A stretch of 64,000 bases of DNA from Pavona decussata (taxonomy: Eukaryota): the NCBI GenBank assembly GCA_977016875.1, contig CDRNST010000257.1, positions 310,001-374,000 on the forward strand, in the 5' to 3' direction. The first letter of the stretch is position 1. The number at the start of each line of letters is the position of its first letter. The position numbers were made by a program, and so were the translations under genes. The notes beneath the pieces were generated by a model, which ran no database searches, was not told the DNA's origin, and saw nothing but the letters and a program-made list of their open reading frames with translations. This document shows positions 13,023-25,985 of the stretch, piece after piece.

Positions 13023-14209
13023 GATTTGTTTTTTTGCTCAAATATTTGACAAAGAACCTGTTTTATAACATGAAATTGCTCTTACAACACCGGGAATAGA
13101 ATATTAACACTTTTCTCCTGGGAAGAACAAACCACAATTAATTTTTAGCGACTTCTCTAAAATACACAGAAAGAGCAATTTTTTTAAGTTCCAATCCACT
13201 TGCATTGTAGCCATCTGCAGGCAAACATAACTGATAGTAGCTTCTGCGCTCTAGTAGGTTTATTGTTAACAAAACTGAAACTAAACCATTATCCTAACGC
13301 TTCCATTGAAAAAACACGTTTTTGGCTATTCATAGTGACGCCAAAAATAGGTGACACTTCCCCTTTAATTAACGAGGCCTGAAAGACGCCATTACTATGA
13401 ATTATGTTTAAGGAAAATTGACACAAGTTTACATCGTTACTGATCAGCAATTCATTAAGTTTTCGCGAGGAAAAGTGAAGAACGTAGAGATAGAACCCTA
13501 AATACTCGTTAATAGAATTTCCATGCAGCTCCACCACATTCTCGACACCAGAGGCCTGTTTCTCAAACGTATTGATAATTTGGCTTAATTTATCGTAGTT
13601 TGTACAGCTAAATCATAAATTCCCTCTCATTTCTTAAAGAAATTAAAGGTTAGCTTGAATAGAGGATAGAGGTGAGTATTCACACCTCTCAGGGGCAATT
13701 AAGTTGTTGCTCCCGCATTTACTGTATAGTCACCAGCCCTTATGTATTCCAATAAAAATATATCCATCCTTGCATTTCGCAGATTCATAGGGTCCCAAGT
13801 AACCCCAGAGGGGCGGGGGTCTGTCCCTTTCCCAGTCGCGACATTTCAAGGGGTGAAGTTGTTGTCGAATAGAGGTTAATTAATAACAGGGATGGCTCAA
13901 TAAGAGTATCATGTTCGCGTCTCCACACTGTTAGATCGCTAGTTGTGTCTGCTAGGTTCGTGTTCGAGTTCGCTTTATCTTCGCTTTATCTTTTCGTTCT
14001 TTTGCTTCCCAAACTATGGCTTTATAGTCCCGGACCACACGCAACAGTCAGCGCCATCTCAGCACGGATTACGAGTGGGAGACATTGCCTTCCATTGATG
14101 AGAGTGTATTGTTCAAGGCCTCTAGAGATCTGCGTCACAACACGCCGAAAAACTTCGCAAGGCTTCGAAATCGCCGATCGATCCCGGCGCAGTCCCAAAA
14201 CGAAGGCTT

Positions 14210-15020
14210 GTGGACGATCTTTCTCTTCCTCAAGCGACTCTACAAGTTCCGCTCTCAGGACAGGACACAAAACAAACACCGCCCCCTGACCGGCCGCTTG
14301 CCGCCAGTATATCTCTGTCGCTCGTAGCTCTTCAGCTGCAAAAAGAATCTCAAGAGCTCGACATCAAGAAGCTCAAGTTGCAGCTACAGCTTGCCAAGCT
14401 GCAAGGCGGCCAAATCGCTTCACCTACTTCTGCAGAGTCCAGTCCGGGGAAATCACTCGGCGACTTAAAGGCCCCTCAAAAGAACCTGCATCCGCAGCCT
14501 TGGCCACACATTTACGCCCCAGGTGAGCCTAAGTTGTATAATGATTTGTCCATGCCTGAATTTTGCGCGCGGTACTTGGTCATCATCCATCAAAGCGCCT
14601 CAAAACCCCATTACGCCGCTGTTCTCGACCATTTCCACCAACTTATGGTTTTGGCGTCCGCGTACCAGTGGTCAGCAGTCCGCTCATTTCATTACAAAGT
14701 GTTGCGTTCCCTCGAGCTTGGTTTGGTTAAGTGGAGGGACTCCTTTGATCATCTCAAGGTCCAGTTTTTGACCCCATCGTCCTTGCTATCTGAGATCGCT
14801 CCACGTAAAGTGGCTAACCCTCCAGGTAATGGCGAATCGATTACTGCCACACCTAAACCAGCGATTCCACATCACCAAATTTGCGACGAATGGTCCTGGT
14901 ACAACAATTGTTTGTCCACTGACTGCACTAGGCAACACGTTTGAATCGCATGCAAACGCTCCGATCACCAAGCCCTTGCATGCCCCAAGCGGAAGTTTCC
15001 CGTCCCAGCTCGCCGCACAG
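14210..15020 (+). pseudogene. Gag-like ORF1 of the DIRS/Ngaro element
   Basis: PWPHIYAPGEPKLYNDLSMPEF...WSAVRSFHYKVLRSLELGLVKW, then a C-terminal Cys/His finger interrupted by a stop at 14942-14944. Confidence 0.75.
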
Positions 15021-15124
15021 ACTCACCATCCCAGGCATGGCTACCTGATCCTGTACATCCAACCCTAGCTTCTCCTCACTCGCCCACCAGCTCTCTTTCA
15101 GCCCATCGTCCTCGTCGTTTCCCT

Positions 15125-16435
15125 TTGAAGTCCTCGCTTACCTCGCGTCTGATTTCTCTCCACTCCCGCCTCCAGCATTCTACAGGTCCCAACACCTTCA
15201 CGCTTCGTCTTCCAGTACCCTCGCACCTCAAATACCCCGAATGGCACCGCCATCTCGTCCATTATCCTGACAAGTCTCTGTGTGATTTTCTTGAGTTTGG
15301 CTGGCCGGTCGGATACTCCAGCTGTTCTCCGCCCGTCCAGTCCACTCAGAATCATGGTTCTGCTAGATCCAATCCAACAGTCATCGACCAATTTCTTAGC
15401 TCCGAATGCGAACTTGGCACCACTTGTGGGCCCTTCGTTACCAATTCTCTCTCCATCGACATCTCGATCTCTCCTCTCCAAATCGCTTACAGCCGCACCG
15501 GCAAACCACGGGTAGTTGTTGACCTCAGTTACCCTCCCGGTCAATCAGTAAACTGTGGTATTCCACGCGACACTTATCTCGGTGAACCGTTCTCTCTTCG
15601 CCTACCCGGTCTGGATGCCTTGCTCGATATCATCCGCCAAAAGGGCCAGCACTGTCATCTCTTCAAGAAAGACCTCAGTCGAGCTTACCGCCAGTTGCGA
15701 ATCGACCCACGGGATTATCATCTTTTGGGCTACCAGCACCGTGATTCCCTCTATTTCGACATCGCTCCTCCTTTCGGTCTTCCCTCCTCGGCCATGATCT
15801 GCCAGACCACCACTTCTGCTGTCACCTTTATGTATCAGAATCTTGGCTACTCTTGCACTAATTACATCGACGATTTTGGGGGAGCAGAAACTCCCACTAA
15901 ATCAGCAGCCGCTTTTCAGGCCTTGGGAGACCTTTTACGCTGCCTCGGACTGAGTACATCTCCTGATAAGGATTCCCCTCCGGCTACTTCGATGGTCTTT
16001 CTTGGCGTTCTCGTCGACACGACCAATATGACCGTCTCCGTCACTCCTGACCGCCTTTTAGAGCTACAGTCCCGCTGCACATCTCTGCTCTCCGCGACGC
16101 ACGTTTCACGACACGACTTCCAGTCTTTGCTTGGCGTCATGTCTTTTGTCACCTCGTCTGTTCGTCCAGCCCGCGTTTTCATGTCGTCTCTGCTCTACAC
16201 CCTCCGAACATACCGGTTGTCTAAATACTGCCCCCTTTCAAGTGTTAATCACTCTGATCTCCGCTGGTGGTGCCACTTCTTACCTTCCTACAATGGTGTT
16301 TCGCTTATCAAGACTTCACCTTGGCTTGACAACCGTTTATTCCACTCCACTGACGCATGCAGCACCGGTGCGGGCGGCTATTTCAAAGGGCAGTATTTTC
16401 ACACCCCCTTTCCCGCCCCCATTCTCAGTCAGTTC
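15125..16435 (+). CDS. Reverse transcriptase / RNase H start (DIRS group), truncated
   Basis: KPRVVVDLS, KKDLSRAYRQL, PFGL, NYIDDF, FLG, DLRWW, STDACSTG. The last residues of the listed ORF read into flanking duplicated DNA. Confidence 0.92.
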
Positions 16436-18130
16436 GGGAATAAAATATTAACGCTTTTCTCCTGGGAAGAACAAACCACAATTAATTTTTAGCGACTTCT
16501 CTAAAATACACAGAAAGAGCAATTATTTTAAGTTCCAATCCACTTGCATTGTAGCCATCTGCAGGCAAACATAACTGATAATAGCTTCTGCGCTCTAGTA
16601 GGTTTATTGTTAACAAAACTGAAACTGAACCATTATTCAACGCTTCCATTGAAAAAGCACGGTTTTGGCTATTCATAGTGACGCCAAAAATAGGTGACAC
16701 TTCCCCTTTAATTAACGAGGCCTGAAAGACGCCATTATTATGAATTATGTTTAAGGAAAATTGACACAAGTTTACATCGTTACTGATCAGCAATTCATTA
16801 AGTTTTCGCGAGGAAAAATGAAGAACGTAGAGATAGAACCCTAAATACTCGATAATAGAATTTCCATGCAGCTCCACCACATTCTCGACACCAGAGGCCT
16901 GTTTCTCTAACGTCTTGATAATGTGACTTAATTTATCGTAGTTTGTACGGCTAAATCACAAATTCCCTCTCATTTCTTGAAGAAATTATAGGTTACCTTG
17001 AATAAGGAGGTATATTACTCTAGATTACTGAAATATCAATTTCAAAATGCTCAACAACAGGACCTAAAAGAAACCTCTGAGAAACCTTACCGAACGACTC
17101 TCTGTTGCAAGAGCAAACAGACTCTGCTTTGGTCACCAAATTTAAGCAAATTGAGCAAAGGTTAATTACTATGGATTCAAACCAGCTTCTTTTAAAGCAG
17201 AAACTGTAAGGACTTTAAATAGGACTTTAAGGAAACCCTAAGTATGAATATAGTATCTAATGAACACAGTAAAAATAAGATGCGGTAAACGTAAAGGTTG
17301 ACGTATTTCCACTATGTTAAGGACATGATGTAAACCAGGGTTAAGACAATTCCAATTTAATAATCCACGCAAAACCGGCAACTTATTTCCAAAACAAGAG
17401 TCTTGTGTTTATAATCCATGCCTTCAAGGCCACCTGAAAGCTTCATGTAGTCTGCAACTGAAATCAGAGGAAACTAATGCAGCCATACCTGCTCACTCAA
17501 CCAAGGAAATACTGAGCACTACACTTATCCTCCCCACCCCCACCCCCACAAATTGCTTCCAGAGATATCAACTGGCTTGCAAACAATCTGCTATGCCATG
17601 TCACTCTCATTTCAGTGAAGACAAAGCACCTGGGCTGAGAATTCTCTCAAGATCTAAAGCCAGTCCTCCCAGTTGATGACTACGTGTCAGTGAGCAGCAT
17701 TAAGTTTGCCAAATTCTGACTCACCCTACCCCCCGTGGATTTAAGGGGAGGGACCCCAAGTACTAGTGGCCTGGTAGCCCTGCTCCTGTAGACATGTTTG
17801 GGCTTTGCAAGACAACAATAAACCTTTCCAGATAAAATTGAAAGTTTTAAAGAAATGTAAGCCATACAGCAACGCTAACAAAAAATGTAACCTTTGTCTT
17901 TTTTAAAAATTCATAATCATCTGTAAAAAGAGCTGTGTAGCCTGAACAGGCGAAACAAGCTAGGGAGTTCGTGCGCTCACAGAAAAAGATATGTACTGCA
18001 GAACTTTAGCGTAACGCAACTAAGACACGATGCATCTGTTACCTAGATACTCTACTGAATGTAATGCATCTCCATAGTAACCACCCATATTTTACTGCCA
18101 GCCTCTTATTTGAATAGTAAGTCATTAAAA

Positions 18131-18188
18131 ATTGCCTGATGAGTGTGGTCTGATCACTTCGGACCATACGACACAGTATTGTCGCAAT
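18131..18188 (+). ncRNA. Type I hammerhead ribozyme (PLE-associated, one core mutation)
   Basis: ATTGC-CTGATGA-GTGTGGTC..GACCATAC-GACAC(for GAAAC)-AGTATT-GTC-GCAAT. Stems I and II pair, and stem III is near-palindromic. Confidence 0.75.
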
Positions 18189-18361
18189 AAACGATGAAAA
18201 CTCCTGAAGCCTGAACTTCTGTGAAGAATTATACAATGCTCTTCCATCAAAAGAATTGAGCGCTCTACGAAACATTCTACCCAAAATACAAATATATGTG
18301 TATGTATATACATGTGTATAAAAGATGAACTTCTGGAGTTAGACTAGCTCAAACACATTTA

Positions 18362-18406
18362 ATTGCTACTCGGAGTTTCATTCTTCTGAAGCAATCATCA
18401 GGCAAC
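18362..18406 (-). ncRNA. Minimal type I hammerhead ribozyme in an inverted pLTR
   Basis: The minus strand reads TTGC-CTGATGA-TTGCTTCAGAAGAAT-GAAAC-TCCGA-GTA-GCAA; stem II is imperfect. Confidence 0.7.
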
Positions 18407-20304
18407 TGACAACAATAACGGTTACATGAGAAGATATACAAATTTGAAAATAGGGAACAATGCTTACTTGAGTGATGTGTCAAGATCCTATTGGACGGCA
18501 AAATATCAGGTAAATTAAGTAAACGCGGTATTTAACAGGAATTTCTTAGAATGTGTACAAATCGATGTCAGTTCACTTCTATGATTGAGTGTTGACATTT
18601 CCGGTTTGCAAATTATGAAACATTTCTCTCATAAGCAAACATTACATTTTTTGACATTTGAATACGATCTAGCTTGCTTTATATCTCTCCATTTAATGTC
18701 ATAATTGATACATACGGATTCAAATAAAGATACTTATGTATTCAAATCGAAAAACTCCCCGCCTAAAATCAGCGTGATAAGTAAACTTATTAACAAGCTG
18801 ATACCCTTTGAAGAAGGCATATTAGATCTTATGCGGAACATTAAATTCAAGGACAACGTGAAATCCACTTTCCAAAGAAAAGTAAATGTCGACATCAAGA
18901 CCAAAACCACGAAACCGAAAAGTCTTTTGATTCCTGCTGACAAAAACCACAAATTATTATAAAATGAATACAACCACTTACAACAAGTTAATCAAGGAAA
19001 ATGTAACTAAAACCTATATGAAATCAAGTGACAAAATTGTAGATAAATTAAATGCACACGCTGCAAGAATTGCTGAGCATCTCAAACTAGGCAACCGCAT
19101 AGAAACCTAGCCCAAAAAGAAGCATTTGTGACTTTCAAAGATCACAAGCTTGAATTCCACGACCACCTGACTTGTCGCTTAATCAACCAATCCTAGTGTG
19201 AAATCGGCATGATAGGTAAACATCCTAGATGACATCAACACCTCAATCATCAACAAGACGAAGATCAATCAATGGAGAAATACATCGAGCGTCCTTGAAT
19301 AGTTTAACGGGCTTCCAAAAAAAGGAATCGCTATCTTTTATATGTTTTGATGTGTGTGGTTTTTACCTGTCAAAAACCGAGAAACTTCTCTGCAGAGTGC
19401 TGGATTTTGCTAACAGTTACCAACCCATCAGCGCACATGAACATGACATAATCATCCACGCCAAAAGGTCACTGGTGTTTAGCGAAAATGTCCCAGAGTG
19501 ATGACAGAGTCATGGTTTCCTGCGCAAATATGAACTTTTCGTTTCTTTAAAAACAAAAAACTATTTTTCCAAATAGCTACTGTACTTAAGTTAATCTATC
19601 TACCTTAATTAGTTTCCTTGGAAATCATGCGAAGTCTATCCAATTTGACACTTTTTGGTAAGATTCAATATGACTTAAGTTATTTTCAGTAGAACCTTCG
19701 CATATCAATACCTGTTCGTTAGCTTTTTGGCGTCAGCTCTCTCCTCAGTCCTATAGCCAGATTTAAAGTATGAATGATTTCGCTGATTCGTAGAATTCCA
19801 AATATGCAGGTTTTGTTTGAAGGTGGTAAAGTCTTTAATTAAGCAGCGATGGTACGTGATTCAACAGCGGCTCGTTAACCTTACAATTCTATTCATACTT
19901 TGCTAGTACATGCTCCAAGCACTTTTGCCGACTCTGCAGCTCTCATTGTTATTTGTTGTTAGGAATTTTCAATTTAGGTTACTTTTGAAAACCGCCTTTG
20001 CAACAATAGCTTCTTGAGTTAAAAATATATTTTGTGGAATACCTGGTTTGCACTTCTTTGTACCTCTTTTAGTTGAATAACTGTACAAGTCGTATTTAAC
20101 ATAGTCAGTTTGTACGGTTGTTTCTATTACATTTATTACACTAAATATACACTGTTGGAACCAAATCAAGATCTCTCTCATTGCTGTGTACCAGTTCATG
20201 GTTTGATCCTGTACCGCAAGAGAGTGACGGCTCTCTCCAGCAAGCAAGTTGCACATTTGACTTTAATTTCCCCTGTTGTCAGTTATCCCAAGTGGCAGAG
20301 ATTC

Positions 20305-20482
20305 CAACCTTGTTACTAGGGTCCTCTCCTACTCAGCCCCTGTGACAAGAGAGAGACCCTGGTCTGGTCTGGTCATGTGTTCCTTGGACAATTGATATCA
20401 TAAGGGAGGAGCCCCTCGATTTCAATATTTTGTCAACAATATTTTTGTCAACTTCAAAGAGAGGCCATTGGGAAATGAGTTA
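20305..20482. mobile_element. Short MITE with CAACC(T)..AGGG termini (second copy at 23874-24051)
   Basis: CAACCTTGTTACTAGGG ... TGGGAAATGAGTT is an imperfect TIR, with an internal AGGGTCCTCTC/GAGAGACCCT hairpin. Confidence 0.55.
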
Positions 20483-20512
20483 CGAAGTATTTTGACTGCC
20501 ATAACGTGTGTT

Positions 20513-20855
20513 ATGTTTTTCAGTAGCCTTCACTTTGCGATCTCCAGCAGCAGTTACTCTAACATCAATCTTAAAGCAAAACAGGTTCAGTGTCTAGAGG
20601 CAATTTATCATGGCCGAAATGTAGTGGCTGTGTTGCCTACAGGATATGGAAAATAATTGATTTTTCATATTCTTCCAGTGCTACTCCACGACAAGATGAA
20701 CGGACAATCGTCACCATCACAAGTTCACGCTGTTAAGATCGTGGTTTCTCCACTCAATGCTCTGATTAAAGATCATATCAGAACAAGTTCAGAAAGATCT
20801 TTAAAAGCTGCAGCACTAGGTGTGAACAGGTTACAAAATTCGACAGATTTGGGCT
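20513..20855 (+). pseudogene. RecQ-like SF2 helicase 5' fragment (duplicate)
   Basis: KQVQCLEAI...VLPTGYGK*LIF...VVSPLNALIKD, with the same premature stop as the other copy. Confidence 0.85.
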
Positions 20856-21325
20856 AAGAGACATTCTAGTGCATGTTTACTTATCTGCTGAACGGTGATC
20901 TGTATTTGACCTGTGAAATGTGACCTGAAAAAATACCTTCCACTCGTGATCGTGTATTGATGTCCTTTAGGTACACTTCAGTTAATTGTTTGAGTTAATT
21001 ATCAAGAAAAATACAAGATACGATTTCCGTATAACCCCATACATTTATTAAGCATGCAGAAATTTCATACTTTTTCTCACAAATAGTTTAATGTGAATGG
21101 AGTCGAAACGTGTATGCATAGTAAATGTATGGGATGATAAGGAAATCTTACCAAATAAAGTAAAAAAGATTTATAAAGATTTTTTCGTACCGAAAAACCT
21201 AAAATTCAATGCTTTAATAAAATGCCGGCGTGAGGACTCCTTTTTCCGTTCTCATAATTATTGCGTTTTCTGCATGCCTTGAAGTCACTTTGGCTTAAGC
21301 CCACAAATTTTCTCGCTTCTTTTAG

Positions 21326-22226
21326 GAAGGTAAATCATTGAATCGCCGCACTTCCACCCACGGAATTTGTTTTGTCAACTCCACCTTTTTACTTGCAACA
21401 AACGTTTTTGTGTGCAGTGCTGTTGTTATTGTCAACATGGCTTTTGCAAACGTCCGATGAGTCATGTTAAAACACAAACGCGGGGCAAAATGTCCCCTAT
21501 CAGATCAGTTTCTTACAGAATGCATCGAAGAGGATGTTGGTTGGTTTCTGGCCACATTACATCTCTTTGAAGCTCATGCAAGTGTCTTTAAAGTCTGGAC
21601 CGATGGAGATAGCATCAACAGGCAGACCAAATTTTTAATGAAGAAAAGTGGCTTCAACAAGGTAAGTATATATGCTGACAACAGGGATAGTATAAAAGTA
21701 GTTATGCCACAACAAGCACGCATTGTATCTTGCAATAAGCGAAATCTTTCTTCAAAGAATTGCTGAAACAACAAAACAGCCACTTTATTCCTACATTTCT
21801 TACTTGGTCGACAGCAATTGAAGAAACACATTTTGCAGCACAGCCAAACACATAAATGGAGCGTGCGGCCAGACATCCAAATCGGCCACAGGGGCTACAG
21901 TGGAAGACGACTGAAACGCCCTCGCAGTTGCCCATTAGGGTATGAGTTTGGTGGGCAACTAATGATGCAGTCAGTTGCAAACTACATGGAAATGTACTTT
22001 CCGCCAGTTCCTCAGATAGAGGTGAGTATTCACACCTCTCAGGGGCGATTGAGTTGTTTCTCCTGCATTTGCTGTAATGTCACCAGCCCTTATGTATTCC
22101 CATAAAAATTTATCCATCCTTGAATTTCGCAGATTCATAAGGTCCCAAGTGACCCCAGAGGGGCGGGGCTCTGTCCCTTTGCCAGTCCCGACATTTCGAG
22201 GGGTGAAGTTGTTGTCGAATGCAAAG
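21326..22226 (+). pseudogene. Spliced gene fragment with SET-like motif (copy 3; repeat spans ~21190-22361)
   Basis: Exons 21326-21661 (336 bp), 21815-22021 (207 bp) and 22133-~22226 have canonical GT-AG sites and join in frame, with only one CGA>TGA stop. The product ends RGAGLCPFASPDISRGEVVVECKG. Confidence 0.7.
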
Positions 22227-24081
22227 GATTTTTTTTTTGCTCAAATATTTGAGAAAGAACCTGTTTTACCACATGAAATTGCTCTTACAACACCAAGGAT
22301 AAAATATTAACGCTTTTCTCCTGGGAAGAACAAACCACAATTAATTTTTAGCGACTTCTCTGGATTTCGCTAACAGTTACCAACCCATCAGCGCACATGA
22401 ACGTGACATAATCATTCATGTCAAAAGGTCACTGCTGTTTAGCGAAAATGTCCCATGGGAAAAGAAGACCTCCAACAGCCGATTCGATGTCACCATGGGG
22501 TCGTTTGATGGCACAGAAACATGTGAGCTGGTTGGCTGCTACATTCTATCACGCCTCACTGAAAAGTACGGGAATAACATCGGCCTTTATCGAGACGACA
22601 GGCTGTCAGCATTCGATAAAACACCAAAAGAGATCGAAAGAATTAAGAAAGATATCTGCAAAATCTTCCGTGAAAATGATCTTAAGATCACAGTAGATCT
22701 GGTGTGGTACATTTAATATAACAGCGAGTTAAGTGTCAGTGGAGTTGAGAAAGTTATCATTAGCTCACATATGCATATAGCTTTTGACTTTGAACACCAT
22801 TTGAGTTGGAAAATAGTTTTTATAAATAGTTTGCAAATCGATGCTCTGGTATAAAAATAGTCTTTTTGACTCCGTTTGTCACCTTTGGCCGCTGAGCTTG
22901 TATTTAGATTCGCTTCAATGAATAAGCCACTTCGTTTCATTCACATTCAGCTGCATAAAGGGATCCCGTAAATTAACTGTTTGGTTTTGATGCTTTGTGT
23001 TATTTGGTAAACAATAATCTTAAAAAAGCCAACAGCGCTTGTTCTCGGGGCACAACAAACTAATCGTTTTAAGTGCTTTCCAGAGTGATGGTTTCCTGCA
23101 CAAATATGCCTTGTTATCGTTTCAAAAAAAAACTATTTTTCCAAATAGGTACTGTACTTAAGTTAATCTATCTACCTTAATTAGTTCCCTTGGAAACCAT
23201 GCGGAGTCTATCCAATTTGACACTTTGGTAAAATTCAATGTGACTTAAGTTATTTTCAGTAGAACCTTCGCATATCAATACCTGTTCATTAGCTTTTTGG
23301 CGTCAGCTCTCTCTTCAGTCCTATAGCCAGATTTAAAGTATGAATGATTTCGCTGATTCGTAGAATTCCAAATATGCAGGTTTTGTTTGAAGGTGGTAAA
23401 GTCTTTAATTAAGCAGCGATGGTACGTGCTTCAACAGCGGCTCGTTAACCTTACAATTCTATTCATACTTTGCTAGTACATGCTCCAAGCACTTTTGCCG
23501 ACTCTGCAGCTCTCATTGTTATTTGTTGTTAGGAATTTTCAATTTAGGTTACTTTTGAAAACCGCCTTTGCAACAATAGCTTCTTGAGTTAAAAATATAT
23601 TTTGTGGAATACCTGGTTTGCACTTCTTTGTACCTCTTTTAGTTGAATAACTGTACAAGTCGTATTTAACATAGTCAGTTTGTATGGTTTTTCTATTACA
23701 TTTATTACACTAAATATACACTGTTGGAACCAAGTCAAGTTCTCTCTCATTGCTGTGTACCAGTTCATGGTTTGATCCCGTACCGCAAGAGAGTGACGGC
23801 TCTCTCCAGCAAGCAAGTTGCACATTTGACTTTAATTTCCCCTGTTGTCAGTTATCCCAAGTGGCAGAGATTCCAACCTTGTTACTAGGGTCCTCTCCTA
23901 CTCAGCCCCTGTGACAAGAGAGAGACCCTGGTCTGGTCTGGTCATGTGTCCCTAGGACAATTGATATCATAAGGGAGGGGCCCCTCGATTTCAATATTTT
24001 GTCAACAATATTTTTGTCAACTTCAAAGAGAGGCCATTGGGAAATGAGTTACAAAGTATTTTGACTGCCATAACGTGTGTT

Positions 24082-25618
24082 ATGTTTTTCAGTAGCCTTC
24101 ACTTTGCGATCTCCAGCAGCACTTACTCTGACATCAATCTTAAAGCAAAACAGGTTCAGTGTCTAGAGGCAATTTATCATGGCCGAGATGTAGTGGCTGT
24201 GTTGCCCACAGGATATGGAAAATAATTGATTTTTCATATTCTTCCAGTGCTACTCCGCGACAAGATGAACGGACAATCGTCACCATCACAAGTTCACGCT
24301 GTTGTGATCGTGGTTTCTCCGCTCAATGCTCTGATCAAAGATCATATCAGAAGAAGTTCAGAAGGAGCTTTAAAAGCTGCAGCACTAGGTGTGAACAGGT
24401 TACGAAATTCGACAGATTTGGGCTAAGAGACATTCTAGTGCATGTTTATTTATCTGTTGAACGGTGATCTGTATTTGACCTGTGAAATGTGACCTGAAAA
24501 AATACCTTCCACTCGTGATCGTGTATTGATGTCCTTTAAGGGGGTACAGTTCAGTTTATTCTTTGAGTTAATTATCAAGAAAAATACAAGGTACGATTTC
24601 CGTATAATCCAATACATTTATTAAGCATGCAGCAATTTCATACTTTTTATCACAAATAGTTTAATGTGAATGGAGTGGAAACGTGTATGCATAGTAAATG
24701 TATGGGATCATAAGGAAATCTTACCTAATAAAGTAAAGAAGATTTAAAAAACATGTATTTCTTCTCGTTTTGTTTTCTTCATCGGGGGTTGATTTCGGGA
24801 AAAATTGCTCCAGGCTTGTATTGCTATGTGCCACATTTCCTGCTGTCCCTGTGGTGGCCCCTAACCACTAAAGCCAGCCAGAAAGATGTCTTTGCAATCA
24901 AAGAATTTTTAAATTTAAAATCTCCTCTTGAAGTTATTGCAAATCCAAAAAGGAGCAACATATTTTATGAATAAGTTTTCCGCCAAGGGGAAGATGTAGA
25001 TTTTATTGTAGAAACTGTGAAGCTTATTGTAACACAGCTTAAAGAGAAAACAGTAACATATCCACTAACTGTGTTATATCTTCCTTTGAAATGGAGCGGT
25101 TTTGCATTTAAGTATTTCGGGAATAATTTGGGCATTGAAGAGTACTACCCTTCTACTGCAGAAGCACTACCAGAAAACAGGCTGTTTACCCAATTTCATG
25201 CTCCACAGACAAAGGCAATGAAGGATCAAATTCTAACTTAACTTGCCTCACCCATCTCTAAAGTGAGGGTCGTATTAGCCACAGTTGCAATAGGAATGGG
25301 AGTCAACATTCCTGAAATATGACGTATCATTGATGTAGGACCACCATGGTCCATTTGTGATTTTAAGAGACAGGGAGAGCAGGCCAAGATAGGAAACCCG
25401 CCACGGCTACACTTTATTATAACAATGTAGACATTGTAAAGAACAAACCTGGAATGAGTGATACCAGGTAATATCGTCGTCTGGAAAGTGAATGCTTGCA
25501 GGAATTCCTTTTGGAGTGTCTAGATGCAGCAGACGTTAACTCAAATGTTGCAGTTCACTCTTGTTGCTCACATTGTAAGTCTACATGTAGGTGCCAGGAT
25601 TGTCTCAAAGTAATGTAA
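24082..25618 (+). pseudogene. RecQ-like helicase gene of AcademH-transposon type
   Basis: Motif I LPTGYGK; Ia VVSPLNAL; WG.DFR-like; PVVALT; QFHA; ATVAIGMGVN; ETGRAG; C-terminal CCSHC..C.C..C. No DEAH motif was seen. Several stops and frameshifts. Confidence 0.85.
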
Positions 25619-25985
25619 CGCATGGGTCGCACTTGGGAAATCTTTGCCAGAATTTGTTTACTTTGCAGTGGAAATCTGTCATCGCGGGCCTTTGCCTAGT
25701 GCGACCACAGGTTTTCCGCTTTGGTAAAAACTTTGTAAATTGGCAAAACATCAAAGATGCCGTAATGCTTGGTTGGGGCAGGCAGATTTTCGAAAAGTCG
25801 AGCCAAACTATGGGTAACACGGCGGTAACTGTCAACGCTTCTCAATGTACCATGAAAACGATACCCGCAGGACATTTAATTCTAGTTCACTGTTTTTCAT
25901 TATGAACGGACGTGGCTAATATTGTAATCACGCAAAATTTCAAGGTTTTTATGGTGATAGCATGGAATACCTGCACTATTTTCCC

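Larger units (their letters stand above)
13872..16435 (+). mobile_element. DIRS/Ngaro tyrosine-recombinase retrotransposon, 3'-truncated
   Basis: GC-rich island with a gag-like ORF1 followed by RT and the start of RNase H. The recombinase ORF is absent. Confidence 0.9.
13665..17002 (+). repeat. Tandem duplicate of 12812-13661, interrupted by an Ngaro/DIRS fragment
   Basis: 13665-13870 matches 12812-13016 and 16436-17002 matches 13091-13660. About 74 bp are missing where the retroelement sits. Confidence 0.9.
19495..21172 (+). repeat. ~1.7-kb duplicate of 23081-24745
   Basis: Near-identical colinear sequence, including the MITE and the first helicase exon. Confidence 0.95.
18270..22697 (+). 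mobile_element. Degenerate Penelope-like element with inverted 3' end, split by a composite insertion
   Basis: Minus-strand 18520-18700 encodes an endonuclease tail ([24 protein letters not shown]). RT pieces lie on the plus strand at 18705-19494 (LIPADK, FICFDV..FY) and 22362-22697 ([19 protein letters not shown]). Confidence 0.85.

Noticed and set aside
11675-17400. Long minus-strand, virus-like ORF suggested by listed ORFs (11675-12004, 12372-12776, 13289-13537, 16482-16880)
   Set aside because: The pieces do not join into one frame and match no family I recognise. In 12121-13022, plus-strand splice sites and the substitution pattern explain the sequence better. The 16482-16880 ORF remains unexplained.
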